From positions 44,828,001 through 44,892,000 of the forward strand of contig CM052818.1 of the NCBI GenBank assembly GCA_028534125.1: a stretch of DNA of 64,000 nt, in the 5' to 3' direction. This document shows, in pieces, positions 1 to 12,528 of this stretch. Made by a program: the position numbers and the translations under genes. Under the pieces are notes generated by a model, which ran no database searches, was not told the origin of the DNA, and was given only the letters and a program-made list of their open reading frames with translations. Every line of letters starts with the position of its first letter. Position 1 is the first letter of the stretch. This stretch comes from Lama glama. Its lineage: Eukaryota.

Positions 1-74
1 GAGGGAGTCAAGCAATAGATTCATAAGCTTGTATTAAATATGCAAATTTTAGGATATCTGAACCACAATCAGTT

Positions 75-812
75 AAGACCACTGTGTCCTTCCACTCAGA
101 TCTCCTTTCCACTACAATTCTCCTTGCTTTGGGTGGTGCTGAGTGGTGTGGCTGTCCGGGGGCCTCAGGCAAGGGGAAACTGAGCTGGGTCTATGCAGTA
201 ACATCCTAGACCAGGGCAAGAGTGGTGTACACCCTACACTTAAGAGGGCCCCACTCCTGTCCCCCCTTGACATTCCTACTCCAAAGGCAAGGAGTCTACA
301 TGGTCAAGAAGACACGTGCACCAGAGCTTCCTCCACTTCTAGACCACTCCAGGTGAGGCAGAAGTTGCCTCTCAGATGTGCCTTGGAGAAGAGTATGTCG
401 GTCAGCTGCAAGGAGGGCAGTTAGCTGAGATCCTCCAGCCACAGTACCTTGAGGATCTGCCATGGGGTTTGAGCCGAGACCACACTCCTCCCAGGCACCT
501 TCAGCTAACGAGGCAGCTGGCCATTTCTGCCCAGTGGGGGACTCTTCCAACGGGCCATCCTCACATCCCCGCTGCCTACTGGGTTGGGCAGGACTTCGTC
601 AGATTGGCATTCTAGTCTGCGTCTCTGCATGCCTGTTCTGCTTCTTCTTGCTTTCTTTTCATGGGTTTCAGATTTCTATTATGGTATGAAGTGTAGCCTT
701 CCTGCACATTCCTGCTTCTTCCGCTGATCACTTTAACAGGCATCACCCCTGGTAAGCCTCCAGCACGCCTAACTCTGACTCAGCTCTGTGTACAGGATGA
801 CTGGAACTGACT
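75..812 (+). mobile_element. ERV-L class LTR (LTR33-like)
   Basis: Segments such as 'tgcccagtgggggactcttccaacgggc', 'gacttcgtcagattggcatt' and the 3' end 'ctttaacaggcatcacccc...cctaactctgactcagc...ggaactgac' resemble the LTR33 family as I recall it. The 5' boundary is uncertain. Confidence 0.6.
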
Positions 813-2014
813 CTGTTGATCCCCGCTGTGCTCTGAGAAAGCAGGCGGTAAGAGATGGTCTGGGGACTTAATCAGTTGCCCTGAGGGCTCCGTCCCAGGG
901 GGTACATGGGGCACAGAGGGACCCTGGAAGAAGGTGGCAACCAACAGCTATGAGTTTCACTGATAACTGGGGAGAACGCTCTATGGCAGGAAGACACAAG
1001 CAGTGCAATGATTCAGGCCTTCGAAAGGGGCGGAGGGGTGCAGGCAGAGGGGAGCAGAATGACTTGCATAAAGAGAGTGGAACTGACTGGTGTCTCTGGA
1101 TTGTACTGACCTGCTAGAGGGAGAGGATGGAAAACTGAGCACAGCTAACAAGCAATAGAAATCTAAATACGAAGGCCAAAAGGACACTTAGGGAGCTCCA
1201 GAAAGGCCCTTGTCTCCTGCGATGGGAGAGGAGGAAAAGCCAAAGCTGAAACTCAGGACTAAGTGGTCTGAGTCGCCGAGCTTCACAGATGATTGACTAC
1301 GCAGACAAAGCAGGTTTGTTATGCCGAAGTCAGGTCCCTGGTTGGAAACAACATGAGCGAAGTCATCTGGGTGGATGCTCTTGATAATTTCGGTTCCCAA
1401 GACCCCTCTGACCCCTCAAAGCTGGCAAGGGTGGCCCACTTCTCCTATTAAGAGCTCGTACTTTCTCCACCCTCCAAGACTGCAGGGCCCCACTGGGGAC
1501 CTGCCTCCCCTTCCTTTCTGGCTGTCAAGCCTACAACTGGGACTAAGTTGCTGCATAACCTTCGGGGCATCCGGGGCCTGATGAGGAGGGAAGAGGATGC
1601 CTGCCTCCCGCCCCCAGCCAAAGATGCGGTGAGAATTAGTTGACACATACCAATGAGAGCTGGAGGAGAACAGATACCTGGAAGTTGAGGTGCCTGATCA
1701 AAGGAGCTGGGACATAAGACTGGATAAAGGACAGATGACTGACTAGGAATCAGGATTTAATACATGGAAAGAACCCATGGGAACGATGTAACTCACTGGT
1801 AGCCTAGAGAAAGCCTGGACCAAGCTGGGCAAAGCTGAAGTGGCTGAACCACCACAGCAGACGGTAGAGAAAGTGATTAAAAGGTGTAGGGAAGTGGGAT
1901 GCCAAAATGGACATATTCTGTGAGGCCAAAAAACCTGCCAGAGAATTATGTTCTATGGGAAGGCTCAGAGGACACCTCATTCACCAAGGCCGTCTGGCAT
2001 GTGATAGTGAGAGG

Positions 2015-2136
2015 AGGGCAGCCAGACTGAGCAAATAAAAATGTAGGACATCCAGTGAAATTTGAATTTCAGATACACGGTGAATACTTTCTTAGTATAA
2101 GTACGTCCCAAATATTGTATGTAATTCGGCAACCCC
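2015..2136. mobile_element. MER53-like hAT MITE, left portion
   Basis: 'gccagactgagcaaataaaaatgtaggacatccagtgaaatttgaatttcagata...agtataagtacgtcccaaatatt' matches the MER53 left arm as recalled, and ends 'ggcaacccc'. Confidence 0.75.
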
Positions 2137-2294
2137 ACTGCTATAAAATTTTCCCTGGTAGTGAGTTGGAAGAATGTTCCAGCTGTGGGAAAATCCAAAC
2201 AGTGCAGTGATTCAGGCTTTTGAAAAGTAGCAGCGGATGTGGGTAGTGGGGTGCAGAATAATGTGTACAAGCACAATGTGTACAGGAGTACATT

Positions 2295-2553
2295 TTAAGT
2301 ATGAGTATATCCCATGTGATGTTTGGGATATACTTATACTTAAAAATTATTTATTGTTTCTCTGAAATTCAAATTTTTGCTTGCTTTATGAGGGGGAGGT
2401 AATTAGGTTTATTTATTTATTTAGATTTGGAGGAGGTACTGAGGATTGAGCCCAGGACCTCGTGCATGTTGAGCATGCGCTCTACCACTTGAGTTATATC
2501 CTTCCCCCTGAAATTCCAATTTAACTGGACATCCTGTTTTTATCTGGCAACCT
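2295..2553. mobile_element. MER53-like hAT MITE, right portion, split by a SINE
   Basis: 'tgggatatacttatacttaaaaattatttattgtttctctgaaattc' ... 'aatttaactggacatcctgtttttatctggcaacct' is the inverted complement of the left arm. Confidence 0.75.
2377..2507 (-). mobile_element. tRNA-Ala-derived SINE (camelid Vic-1-like)
   Basis: The reverse strand has a tRNA-like head with A/B boxes and an 'aaacctaattacctcccc' tail. TSD ctgaaattc(a/c)aattt at 2362-2376 and 2508-2522. Confidence 0.9.
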
Positions 2554-3329
2554 AAGTATCACTAAGAGATTTGGTGATCATACTTCTCAGTAGGCCAGGG
2601 CTGATGGTAGGGGAGGCTGTCCCAGGGCTAAGAATGGCAGACAACGGACTCGGCTTACAGAGAGTGGTGGACACAGCTAATAGCACACAGCTTCGGCTTG
2701 GAGGGCCTTGGGCGTCCCTGCAGCAGCCAAGGGCGGGGACACGGGTGTGGTTGGGATAGCCGCATGGGAACCGGACCAAACAGCTTTAGCAGGAGGACAA
2801 AACAGGGGCAGTGAGAGACTCTGTGTCCCAGACCAGGCCTCTAGGACCTCAGTTAACTGCCAGTGTGGCTTAACCCTGAGGTCACAGCAGAGACAGGGAG
2901 GAGGCTAGCGAGAGAGGCGCATCTGTGCTTCCTGGTTTCGTGAACAGTCCAGCCCCGCACAGAGAGGTCCTTGCTGTGTGGAGCCGGGCCCGCCTTGGGA
3001 TCAGGATGGCCACTAAAGGCACCTGATTTATCACTCACCTTTGGCTATGGGCCCCTGGACACTCCTGTGGCTAATCAGGGCTGTTAATAATTATAAAAGC
3101 ATTGCCTCTTAGAGCAGAAAGAACCTAAATACCACGGAGTACAGGGATTCTCAGGTCCACCCTGATGGCCTGGAGTGCTGATGAGGACAATAGGGTGACT
3201 TTTCCCAAAAGCTAAATGTATCCCGTATAAGCACTGTCCTTTTGGCTTAGACTGGATTCTTTTTTACCTTTTGCTTTATTGGTGGTTAAAGTCTCCTTTA
3301 CAAAATGATGGTGACAGTGATAATATTTG

Positions 3330-3560
3330 TTAGCATTTCTTGAGTATTGCCATTGTGCTGGGCATTGTGCTAAAAGCCTTGTGCAATTTGTCTCAATCAC
3401 CACAAGGACCTGAAGAGATAGATGGTTTTATGAATCCAGTTTTACTTCCTAAGAACCTGAGACGTGGAGATCAAGTCGGCACACGTCCTGCAGGAGGATG
3501 TCGTGGAGTCAGGACCTGAGCTGGGTGGTCTGACTTCACTGCCCACACTTTGCCATCGCA
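3330..3560 (-). mobile_element. MIR fragment (representative; similar fragments at ~4370-4520, 5160-5360, 6490-6660, 7555-7670, 30160-30290, 31110-31210, 56630-56810, 58190-58390, 59070-59290)
   Basis: MIR core motifs such as 'gatgaggaaactgagg', 'aagtgacttgcccaaggtcaca' and 'ctcagtttcctcatctgtaaaatggg', in degenerate form. Confidence 0.6.
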
Positions 3561-6500
3561 CCATCCTTCCTCTGGAGATAAAACACAGTTTTTAAAATTT
3601 TTATGTCCTTATCTTGCAAAATAAAAGCCTGGCAACCTAGGTTGGATCCTCATGTTTTTAAAAGAACTTGTTCCGGTCTGGAAATCAGGACGTCTTGAGA
3701 GCCACTAAGCTAGCCCATCCGCTTCATTTGACAGGTACCAGGGAGAGGTAGCTGAGTTGCCCAAAGTTACCCAGCAGGTTGGGAGCAAAGTTAGACAAAG
3801 AGAAGACCTGGCCAGATAGATTTTCAGTGTTAGTGAGACATGAAAATTTGGGAATTTCCTTTGATCTGGACAATGGATGACAAAAGGAAAGGCAGCCTCT
3901 AGAAATAAATTCAGAAAACAATTCTTTTAACCTATGTTTCCCCAGGGACATCCTGGCTTTGACTTTGTATTTCTACGCAACTCCAGGAATGCCTCCACAT
4001 TCCTCAACAGAGTGGGAATTTCCATTCCTGGGCTTCTACTGGATGCTGCCTCGCAGGCAACAAAGGAATATCTGGAGACAAGCTCTCCCCTCTCCCTCTG
4101 TGGGGACCTCCTCCCACTCCAGGAGCTGTTTTCTGGTTGGCTGTCTCCATGGTGAAGGTGAGAGAAAGAGAGAGCTCAGATGGTTTCCATGGCAACAGCA
4201 AGGGTGAGCTTGTTTCCTTGGTGATGATGGGGAAGGTAAAGCAGTTGGGCTCAAAGTATCTGTCCCCTCCCCTACTCCCACTCTGCACGGGTCACACCCC
4301 CGGCTTCCTGATTAGGGCCTTGCAGGGCAATAATGACAATGTGACAAGTGATAGACTACTGAGGCCAAGCTCTGGGTCCAGATAGACTTGGTTTGGGGCA
4401 CATTAGTTCATCCTTTGAGCTCTTAGTGGCCAAGTCTGTAAAATGGGGCTATTAATAGGATAGAGATCTTAGGGTTGTGAGGAAAGTAAACGGAAGTGCC
4501 AGTAAATTCTAACCATTATTGTTCCGTGGTAACTGTGATTGCCACACAGTAATAACTATTATTGCTACAATGCAGAGGGAGGCAGGTCAGATTTAATAAG
4601 GCCATTTTAAAGATGAGGATGCTGGAGCTCAGGGACGGGGAGTGACTCTGCCTGAGTCCCAGCATTGTTAAGAATCAGTACTAGAGCGAAAAGCCAGCTA
4701 TTTGGGCTCGAAATTCAGTGCCATTTCCACTTCCCCCACCCTATCTGGCCCAGGAGACACACCGACCACTGGTCAGGGCTTCCCTCCTTCCCTGCCTCAA
4801 TCAGAGACCCTGAAAGCACAGTACCCAAGCCCTCCTCCTTCCCCGTGTCACTCCTGGTTTGCACCATAAGCCTGGACCAAGTCAACACAAGCATCTGGAT
4901 GATGGTCAAGGAAATTAATCAGCACAAAACAGGAAGAGGGAATTAATTTAGTGAAGTCTTCCCATCCCATAAATTACTGGGAATCAGTCTAGACTAAAGT
5001 CTGGGCTGCTGATGCCTGACAGACTGCTTCAGTGTTTCTTTGAATGGTTTTGGCATCACGTAGCCTCTAATGGCATTCCTGAATCATACAATTTATGAAT
5101 TATTAAGGTTCTATTTGTGTAATCTGTGAGTTATATAGAAGGTGATACATGGTTCTGGGAAGACTACTGGCTTTGGAACTAAATTTTGTTACTTACTACC
5201 AATGTGGTGATTTTGGATTAAGTAATTAACTTCCTGGAGCATCAATTTTCTGATGTTTAAAATGGGCATATAATAATATCTCCTGACAAATGTGTTCTGA
5301 AGTTTAGAGATGATATATAAAACACCTGGTACAGAACAGTCATTCAATAACCGGTAGCCTTTCTTTTCGAACACAGAGTCTCATCATATTTCAGTTTGTT
5401 GTCTTCTCACCTCTTTTGTTAATCCTCCATTAGGCTGTGTGCTCCATGAAGGTAAGACAGGGTTCTGCACTCAGGTGAGCTCAGGAACAGTTTCCTTGGT
5501 TGCCTCATATGCAGTGCAGGGGAGGAGAAGGGCTTAATGATTTTAACCTGCAGTCTAACCGTCATTACCCAGATCAGACAGCAAAGCGAGCTGCTTAGCT
5601 AAAACTGGTTACAGCGTGATCTCCAAGGCTGGCTGGGAGCACCCATTTTTGGGGCTGTCGATCACATCCACAGGGTTGGGTCCGGGCAGCAGGTTTGCAC
5701 TTCATGATTCTCCCCAGTATCCATGCCTAATTGCAACAATTAATTGCATCAGTTATAATAGAAGTTAGTATCTGATCAAAACTCACCAATAAAATTGTAT
5801 CTCCCAGGAATTCTGGATTGGGTCCAAGAAAGAGTTCAGTTAGTATCTTGACGTGGCTAAACTTCTCATATACAAAGCCTAGAGTGAACAATTGGCAATT
5901 TGCCACTGTGAGGCACTTAATCCAGAGTGTGCACATGTTGATACACGTGCAGAAACATGTATGTGCATACACGTATCCCCACACACACATGCACGCACAC
6001 TGATGCGCACATTCAGAGACAGAGGTCCCAGATCATGCATCTGAGCCCTTTTGGGGTCTTGGCAGCATTTCTGACCTTAGGTTTGGTGAAACACTTTAAA
6101 ATAAACTTCCCCTTCTTGCTTCTGTTGTTGTTAAATTAGGTCATTATTTCTGTTACTTTCAACCAAAGAATTGTAAGTAATGTCCCCCTTTTCAACAGGG
6201 GGGCACTGTAGGGTGGGCAGGGCACATACGGTGATACCCTGAAGGAATCCTCTGAACTCATGTTTATGAAGTACCTACATCTGCAGCCTGGGTCCTCACA
6301 GAGTATAACCAGCAGGTCAAACACAGAAGCAGTATCTTACTGTGTGAAAGGCATTAACCCACAGAGGCGTAGGAGCTCAAAATTCAGCTGAACTAAGAAA
6401 TAAATTTTTTCCTTTCCTTAGAAATAAAATTTTAACAAGTAGATCTGTCACCAAAACTGGGTAGGCAGCATTGAGGAAAGCAAAAGCAAAAGAATGCTGG

Positions 6501-7364
6501 TCTAGGAGTCAGAAAACCTGGATTTGAACCCAGGCTCTGCTGGCTGTGTGAGCTTGGTAAAGTCTCTGAGCCTCTCTGAGCTAAATCTGAAAACAACAAT
6601 CATAACACCTGCTTTACAGAGCTGATGCAAGATTGAAAAGCTAACACATGTGGCTGGCACCACCCATGACAAACAGCCAGGGTGCAGACATGTTTAGTTG
6701 GCTGGCTTTCTCTCTAATAACCACTCAGGCACCATGAATATTGTAAAAATTATTGTTCCAACCAGAAGGGCTATAAACTGTTTTTTATGGCCTAATGAAG
6801 GCCAGATGCCAGGCAGGGAACCAGAGAACCAACATTCAGTTCTGAACCCTTTGGAACACACCAGTTGCTCAGCGTCTGATGATTTCCATTACCCATGGTC
6901 TAAGGATACAGAAGATTTATATACATTACTTGGGGCTCTGGTTCAAATCTGGCCAAACTCTTTCGGGACTTAGTCATCCTGACACTGGCCAGACAGCATC
7001 CTTGTGAAATCAGGCAAGCAGCTACTACAAGCAATTCCAAAACACACACACACACGTACAACACCCCCCACCCCCGCCAACACACACATACACAGACAGT
7101 CTTACAATAGACGGATTTTCACAGATAACCATCTGTAAAACCAGCAGAAGCTCAAATTATTAAAAAAAAACAAACCATCTTGAGGATGAGACAGAACCAT
7201 CCATGACCAAGATAATTAGGAGAATTGAAATCATCTTTGCCACCCAAGTTTGCAGAGTGGGAGGCAGCAGAACATTTTTATTCCTGATGATCTAAAATGC
7301 TACGTTATAAGCAGAATAGTTGGAACATCCCAAGCCTAACAGCCTTATTTTTCCACCAATTTTT

Positions 7365-7550
7365 TTTAATACGTTAACATTTACATAACATAAAATTTGC
7401 CATCTTCTTCACCATTTTAAAGTTACAGATCCATGGTCTTAAATATACTCACCACCATCCATCTCTTTTCATCTTGTAAAACTAAAAATCTATACCCACT
7501 AAACAATGCCTCTCCATTCTCCCCTTCCCCTCAAACCCTGGCAACCCCCA
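7365..7550 (-). mobile_element. L1MB-type 3' end fragment
   Basis: 'acataacataaaatttgccatc...accattttaaag...tatacccactaaacaatgcctctccattctcccc...ccctggcaacc'. Confidence 0.7.
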
Positions 7551-7855
7551 TTTAACAGCCTTATTTTAGAGCTGAGGAAACTAAAGTCCAGAGACGTTCA
7601 CCAAATTGTCAAAGACACACAGGCCATCTGTGGCTGGTCGAGGACTCAACCCAGAGCCTGGGAGTCCTGGTGCATATCACGGCTCTGTACTTTCCTGTAA
7701 TCGTGGGGCTGGAGGTAGAGGGTGTGACTGGCAGTGCTCTCCAGCAATGCCAGTCCTGAACACACCCACATGTCCTAACTACCACCCTGTGTTATTTCTG
7801 GCTTTGCAGAAGAGAGATGGGGATGGAGGGTCAAAAGCGAAAAGCAGATGGAGGC

Positions 7856-8278
7856 TCTCAGTTTCTTAGGGCTGCCATGACCAAGTACCACACGCTGGGG
7901 GCACTGGAACAACAGAAATGTATTGTCTCACGGTTCTGGAGGCTGGAAGCCCGAAATCACAGTGTTAGCAGGGCTGGTTCCTCTTCAGAGCTGTGAGGGA
8001 GCATCTGTTCCAGGTCTCTCTTGTTGTCTTGTAGATGGCCACCTTCCTCTCCATATGGCATCCTCCTGTGTGTGTCTGTGTCCAAATTTCCCCCTTTTAT
8101 AAGGACACCAGTCATACTGGATTAGGGGCCTCCCTATCCCAGTATGAACTCATCTTAATTAATTACATCTGCAATGACCCTGTTTCCAAATTAGTTCACA
8201 TTCTGAGGTACTAGAGAGTTAGCACTTCAACATATGAAGTGGGGCCGGGGCGGGGGTCACAGAAGTCAGCCCATAGCA
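7856..8278 (-). mobile_element. MaLR solo LTR (MLT1B/C-like)
   Basis: 'agggctgccatgaccaagtaccaca...aacaacagaaatgtattgtctcacggttctggaggctggaag...ttataaggacaccagtcatactggattaggg...cacattctgaggtact'. Confidence 0.85.
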
Positions 8279-8555
8279 GAGGCCCTCTCCTTCATGAATT
8301 GGTCCAGAGAGACCCATGGACCCCCAAGCTGATGAACTCAGACATAGACTTGTGTCTATTTGGCAAATTGACACATGGATCAACAAGAAAAGGATGGTCT
8401 AGTCAATAACTAACCCAAATAAACTCACTCCTAGGCATGCGCACAAATCTAGTTAGCAAATGTGACACAGAGTTTTATATGAGAATACTCATTACAGCAT
8501 TGTTTATAATGCCAAAAAAAAAGTCTAGCCACAGGAGAATGGGCATGTGGCTGGT

Positions 8556-9016
8556 TGTGATGGGCTGCTTTGTGCCCTCCAAAGTTCATCTGTTAAAGTC
8601 TTAACCCCCAGCACCTCAGAATGTGACGGTATTTGGAGATAAAGACTTCAAAGAGGTAATTAATTTAAAATGAGATCTTGACAGTGGCCCGGGTCCAGTG
8701 TGGCTGGCGTCCTTATAAGAAGAGGAGATTGGAACATAGACAAGAACAGAGGGAAGACAGATCTCGACCTGACTGATGTCCTTATAAGAAGGGGGAATTT
8801 GGACACAGAGACACCAGGGATGCGCATGCTCAAAGGAAAGAGGACGCAGGGAGGAGACGGCGTCTACAAGCCAAGAAGAGAGGCCTCAGAAGAACTCAGC
8901 CCTGCTGACGTCCTGATCTCGGACTTCTAGCCTCCAGAACCGCGAGTGAGTACGTTTCTGCGGTGTAAGATGGCCAGCCTGTGGTCCTTTGCTGTGGCAG
9001 CCCCGGCAAACTAACA
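8556..9016 (+). mobile_element. MaLR solo LTR (MLT1B-like) with an internal duplication, inserted in an L1M relic
   Basis: TG...CA ends ('tgtgatgggctg' to 'gcaaactaaca') and typical 'cctcagaatgtgacggtatttggagata', 'gtccttataagaag' (twice) and 'ggacttctagcctccagaac'. Confidence 0.85.
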
Positions 9017-9904
9017 GGGGTCAAAAACACGACTGGGAGTAATAAATACCAAGTTCAAGTCAGCAGTTACCGCTGTGAGGAAGGAAGCGGACGTGAGAGG
9101 CAGGAGGACCCAGAAGGCTCGGACTATCTTTGCAATGCTTTCTTTTTTAAGCTGTGTGGTAGACACCTGGATATTTGTTACATTATTCTCTGTATTTTTT
9201 TTATTCATGCTCACAAGAATAGGTGACTTTGACTGCTGGCTGAGGAATCCCTCATCTCTGGACAACCTGGCACGCAGGGGCTCTAACTAGAACTCACTGT
9301 GTGACCCTGGGCTACTTACTTGTTAATGGCTGACACTTGTACAAGGTACACCGTGATACGTTAAGTGCTTTTACCTACGTGTGCTTTTCAGAACACAAGT
9401 TCTATATAATGCCTTCAAGAAAATGTTCCAGAGTTAACTATTGCACCCATATCTTTGTTTTGGAAATGTATGATAATGTTAGAACATGAAAGCTCCAACA
9501 AGCCCTGCCAGAAGAAGAAAAAATAACTGTTTAACTCAGCATTTCCCAAGCTTATTTGACTACACTTCTCTTACTTCCTGGAATACTTATTCCTGCAAAA
9601 CTGGTATTCTAAGTAATGTATTTAAAGAAAGCTTGTTAAATAAAAAAGCTTAAGAGAAACAAAAAAGACAGAGGATGACCCAAGGGGTCAGATATATGCA
9701 CATGGGGGTGTAACTCACGTAGTAAGTGACTAGAGGAACGTATAGCAAGGTCTAACTAAGGTTACCTTTCTGAATTGCTGTTACTGGCATCTTTTTAAAA
9801 ATTTTTTTTCCATGCTTTTCTGCATTTCAAAATTTTCTACAATGAACACAGTACTATTTTCATAATCATAAAAACACATATACATATAAAAGTACATACA
9901 TGTA

Positions 9905-9922
9905 GTGTGTGTGTGTGTGTGT
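9905..9922. repeat. (GT)n microsatellite
   Basis: gtgtgtgtgtgtgtgtgt. Confidence 0.9.
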
Positions 9923-12174
9923 TTACTTAAAATAAAATTCAGCCATCCACAGTCCACAAATGGAGACACTGGGTCCTTGCAGGAAAGTCACACCGAGGAC
10001 TCTGCTCTGGTTCTGAGATGTAGGTGAGGCAACATTTTCATCAGGTCCTTCCTGTCCTTGTCCTAAGAGTACAGGGCCATCAAAGGCAGAAATGCCTTCC
10101 TTGAGTTACGATGTTCCCGGTGACCTCTGCCCTTTTGGAAATACCTTACAAGCATCATCTGTTTGAACAGCATCCGTAGGTCTTGTGTAATATTGTGGTG
10201 GAAGCCACCGGCCATTCAATAACCCCGTGTCTCATTTACAGGGATGCTCAGAGGAAGTTTAGGCAGGAGCTTCATTCCAGGGGAATCTCGGGCTCTTGCA
10301 AATCGATTTGCATGCATTCTTCTGTCAGAAAAAGAAAACTGTGTAACTCAATATGTTCCTTCATTTTAGCTGCCAGGAAATTTAGTCCCAAACTTGGGAC
10401 CCCTTTATAGTAATCAGCTTTTAGGATTGCTGGCTCTAGGGCTGCTGATGTCAGAGCCAGGAGATCCCTTAGAGACCACGTGGTCCCATGCATACATACG
10501 GGGAAATCAAGGCTCTCTGCTTGTCACTGGGCTTCTCTCGGGTGACCAGTCACCCTGCTTAACTGGTACAGTTTATTCCTAAGTGTGTCACTTTGCATCA
10601 TTGATGTTGGAAAGCTCCTTTGAACTGGGGTGGAAGTACAGAGTTAGCACATATTAGAGCTGAACAAAACAGGAGCACAGAGGCGGTCTTCCAACCACAC
10701 AAGCTGTGGCGGAGACTTAGCGAGAAGATAAACACTTCCACTAAGTGCATCGGGCCCAGTGGGCTTTTTGGATGCGTTTGGAGAGGTGAGCCATGGTTTA
10801 GTGCGGGACTTGGGTATGGGAGGGAGGGCTATGGCCTCGCTCATTGAGCCTCTGCATCTCTGTGGATTTAGCCCAGGGAGACAGTTTGAGGGAGAAGCAA
10901 AGTATATACCAGCAAGTTTGGTTCCTAGGATGTAACTTGAAACCTGAGAACTTGAAAATTTATCTGATCCTCTAAGCTTTGCTTCCCAAATGCTAGTCTT
11001 GGAGTTAGGGTCAGGGCATAAAAATGGTGTTTTTGGTCTGAAGCACCATAAAAAGAATACAGATGATGTAGTGAGTTCTTCAAGAAATTAAACTCATTCA
11101 CTTTTTTGGTTTTAAAAATACCTTTTACTTTATGAAATGATGACACTGGAAATTGTTTTACTGCTCTTTCGAGGCAAAATAAGATGTTGTCAACCCCATG
11201 TCAGACATCCCCCCCATCCAGTTTTTTAAAATAATCGTTCGTTGTATGTGAAATTCACAAGCCTGATGGCCCCTGACCAGGACCCCCCAGGCCAGCGGGT
11301 GAAGAGCAGCAGGTGAACCACAGGCCAGAGCTTCGCCCCAAGGCCGTTGCTGAGCTGCCATTTCCCACTTTACCTCACGCCCTTCCCACGAAACAGCCGG
11401 TGCAGTAACTCTCACTACATTGGATTACTGGCCGCTCCTTCCCTACCACTAGCTTGGGGACCCCATAATGCTTTTGAGATGGAGATCTTCCTGCGCAGAT
11501 CACTCTTTCCTCTGCTTCCGAGGTCCAGCTTCATGAGAGCCCTTGGCACAGTTAAATGAGCTACAAACGTTTGCAAACTGGCTGTGAGCGCAGTAACCCC
11601 ACACCCTCTGGGGAGCTTGACAGCCAGGCTTCCCTTACATGAAGTCTTTCCAGAAGCTTCTGGTGGATGTCAGCCTCTCTCCCTCCAGCCCATGGCATTT
11701 TGTGCTCACAAATGTGTTAGGGTCTCATGCGTCCTGTGAAGATCTGTGCACTTGAGGGCAGGGACCACGTTTCACTTGTCTTCACATCCTCTGTGGCCTG
11801 GCACAGCCTCGTGGGCAGAGTTTACATCCATTTCATGTCTACAGGACAAAAGAATGAGCGAAGGAGTGAGTGACTCAGTGAGCCCCGCTCTGGAAGCAGG
11901 CACAGGGCAGGAGGCGGGGTGGCTGACCTACGTCTCTGACCCCGCTGCCCAGCGCTCAGCCAGGATGCAGGGGAGCAGGCACCTGTGGGTGAAAGGGGGA
12001 GGCCAACGGGACAGGTGAGAACCCCATCCTGCCCCGGTGAGAAAGGAGGCAAGTAATAATGGATTGCCATTTAATAATGGTCAAGTCTCAACAGAATAAA
12101 GTTAGAAACCTGGGGCTCAGAGAGTTGAAATAACTTGCCCAGGGTGCTACGGTTAACGAGTGGCTTCATGGAGG

Positions 12175-12528
12175 GGCTACAGACTGAATGTGTGTGTCCC
12201 CCAAATCTCACATGTTGAAAACCCAACTCCCAGGGTGATGGGATTTGGAGGTGGGGGTGGTCTTTGGAGGGTGATTAGGTCATGAGCCCTTAGGAATGGG
12301 GTTGGTGCCCTTATAAAAGAGACCCCAGAGAGCACTGTCACCCTTCTGCCACGTAAGGGCACAGCGAGAAGACAGCCTTCTAAGGAAGTGGCTCTTTCCA
12401 CACACCAATTGTGCCAGCGCCTTGATCTTGGGCTTCTCAGCTTCCAGAACCATAACAAACAAGTGTTTGCTGCTCAAGCCTCTTGGCCTGTGACGTTTTT
12501 GTTACAGCAGCGCAAGTGAACTAAAACA
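12175..12528 (+). mobile_element. MaLR solo LTR (MLT1A-like)
   Basis: 'gactgaatgtgtgtgtcccccaaatctcacatgttgaaa...gcccttataaaagagacccc...ccttgatcttgggcttctcagcttccagaac...tttttgttacagcagc...actaaaaca'. Confidence 0.85.

Larger units (their letters stand above)
813..2910 (+). mobile_element. Degenerate ERV-L internal region (ERV3-16/HERV16-like) with gag remnant, interrupted at 2015-2553
   Basis: Fragments translate to VPDQRSWDIRLDKGQMTD, TVEKVIKRCREVG/MPKWTYSVRPKNLPENYVLWEGSEDTSFTKAVWHVIVRG (1861-2015), VSLRDLVIILLSRPGLMVGEAVPGL (from ~2556) and SQQRQGGG. These match ERV-L gag motifs (WEGPEDTPFTKA..., LLCRPGLTVG..., QRQGG). Frameshifts and stops are present. Confidence 0.75.

Noticed and set aside
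10540..10555. Inverted repeat gggtgac-ca-gtcaccc
   Set aside because: A 7-bp arm palindrome is expected by chance in 64 kb, and it does not fit a canonical response-element spacing.
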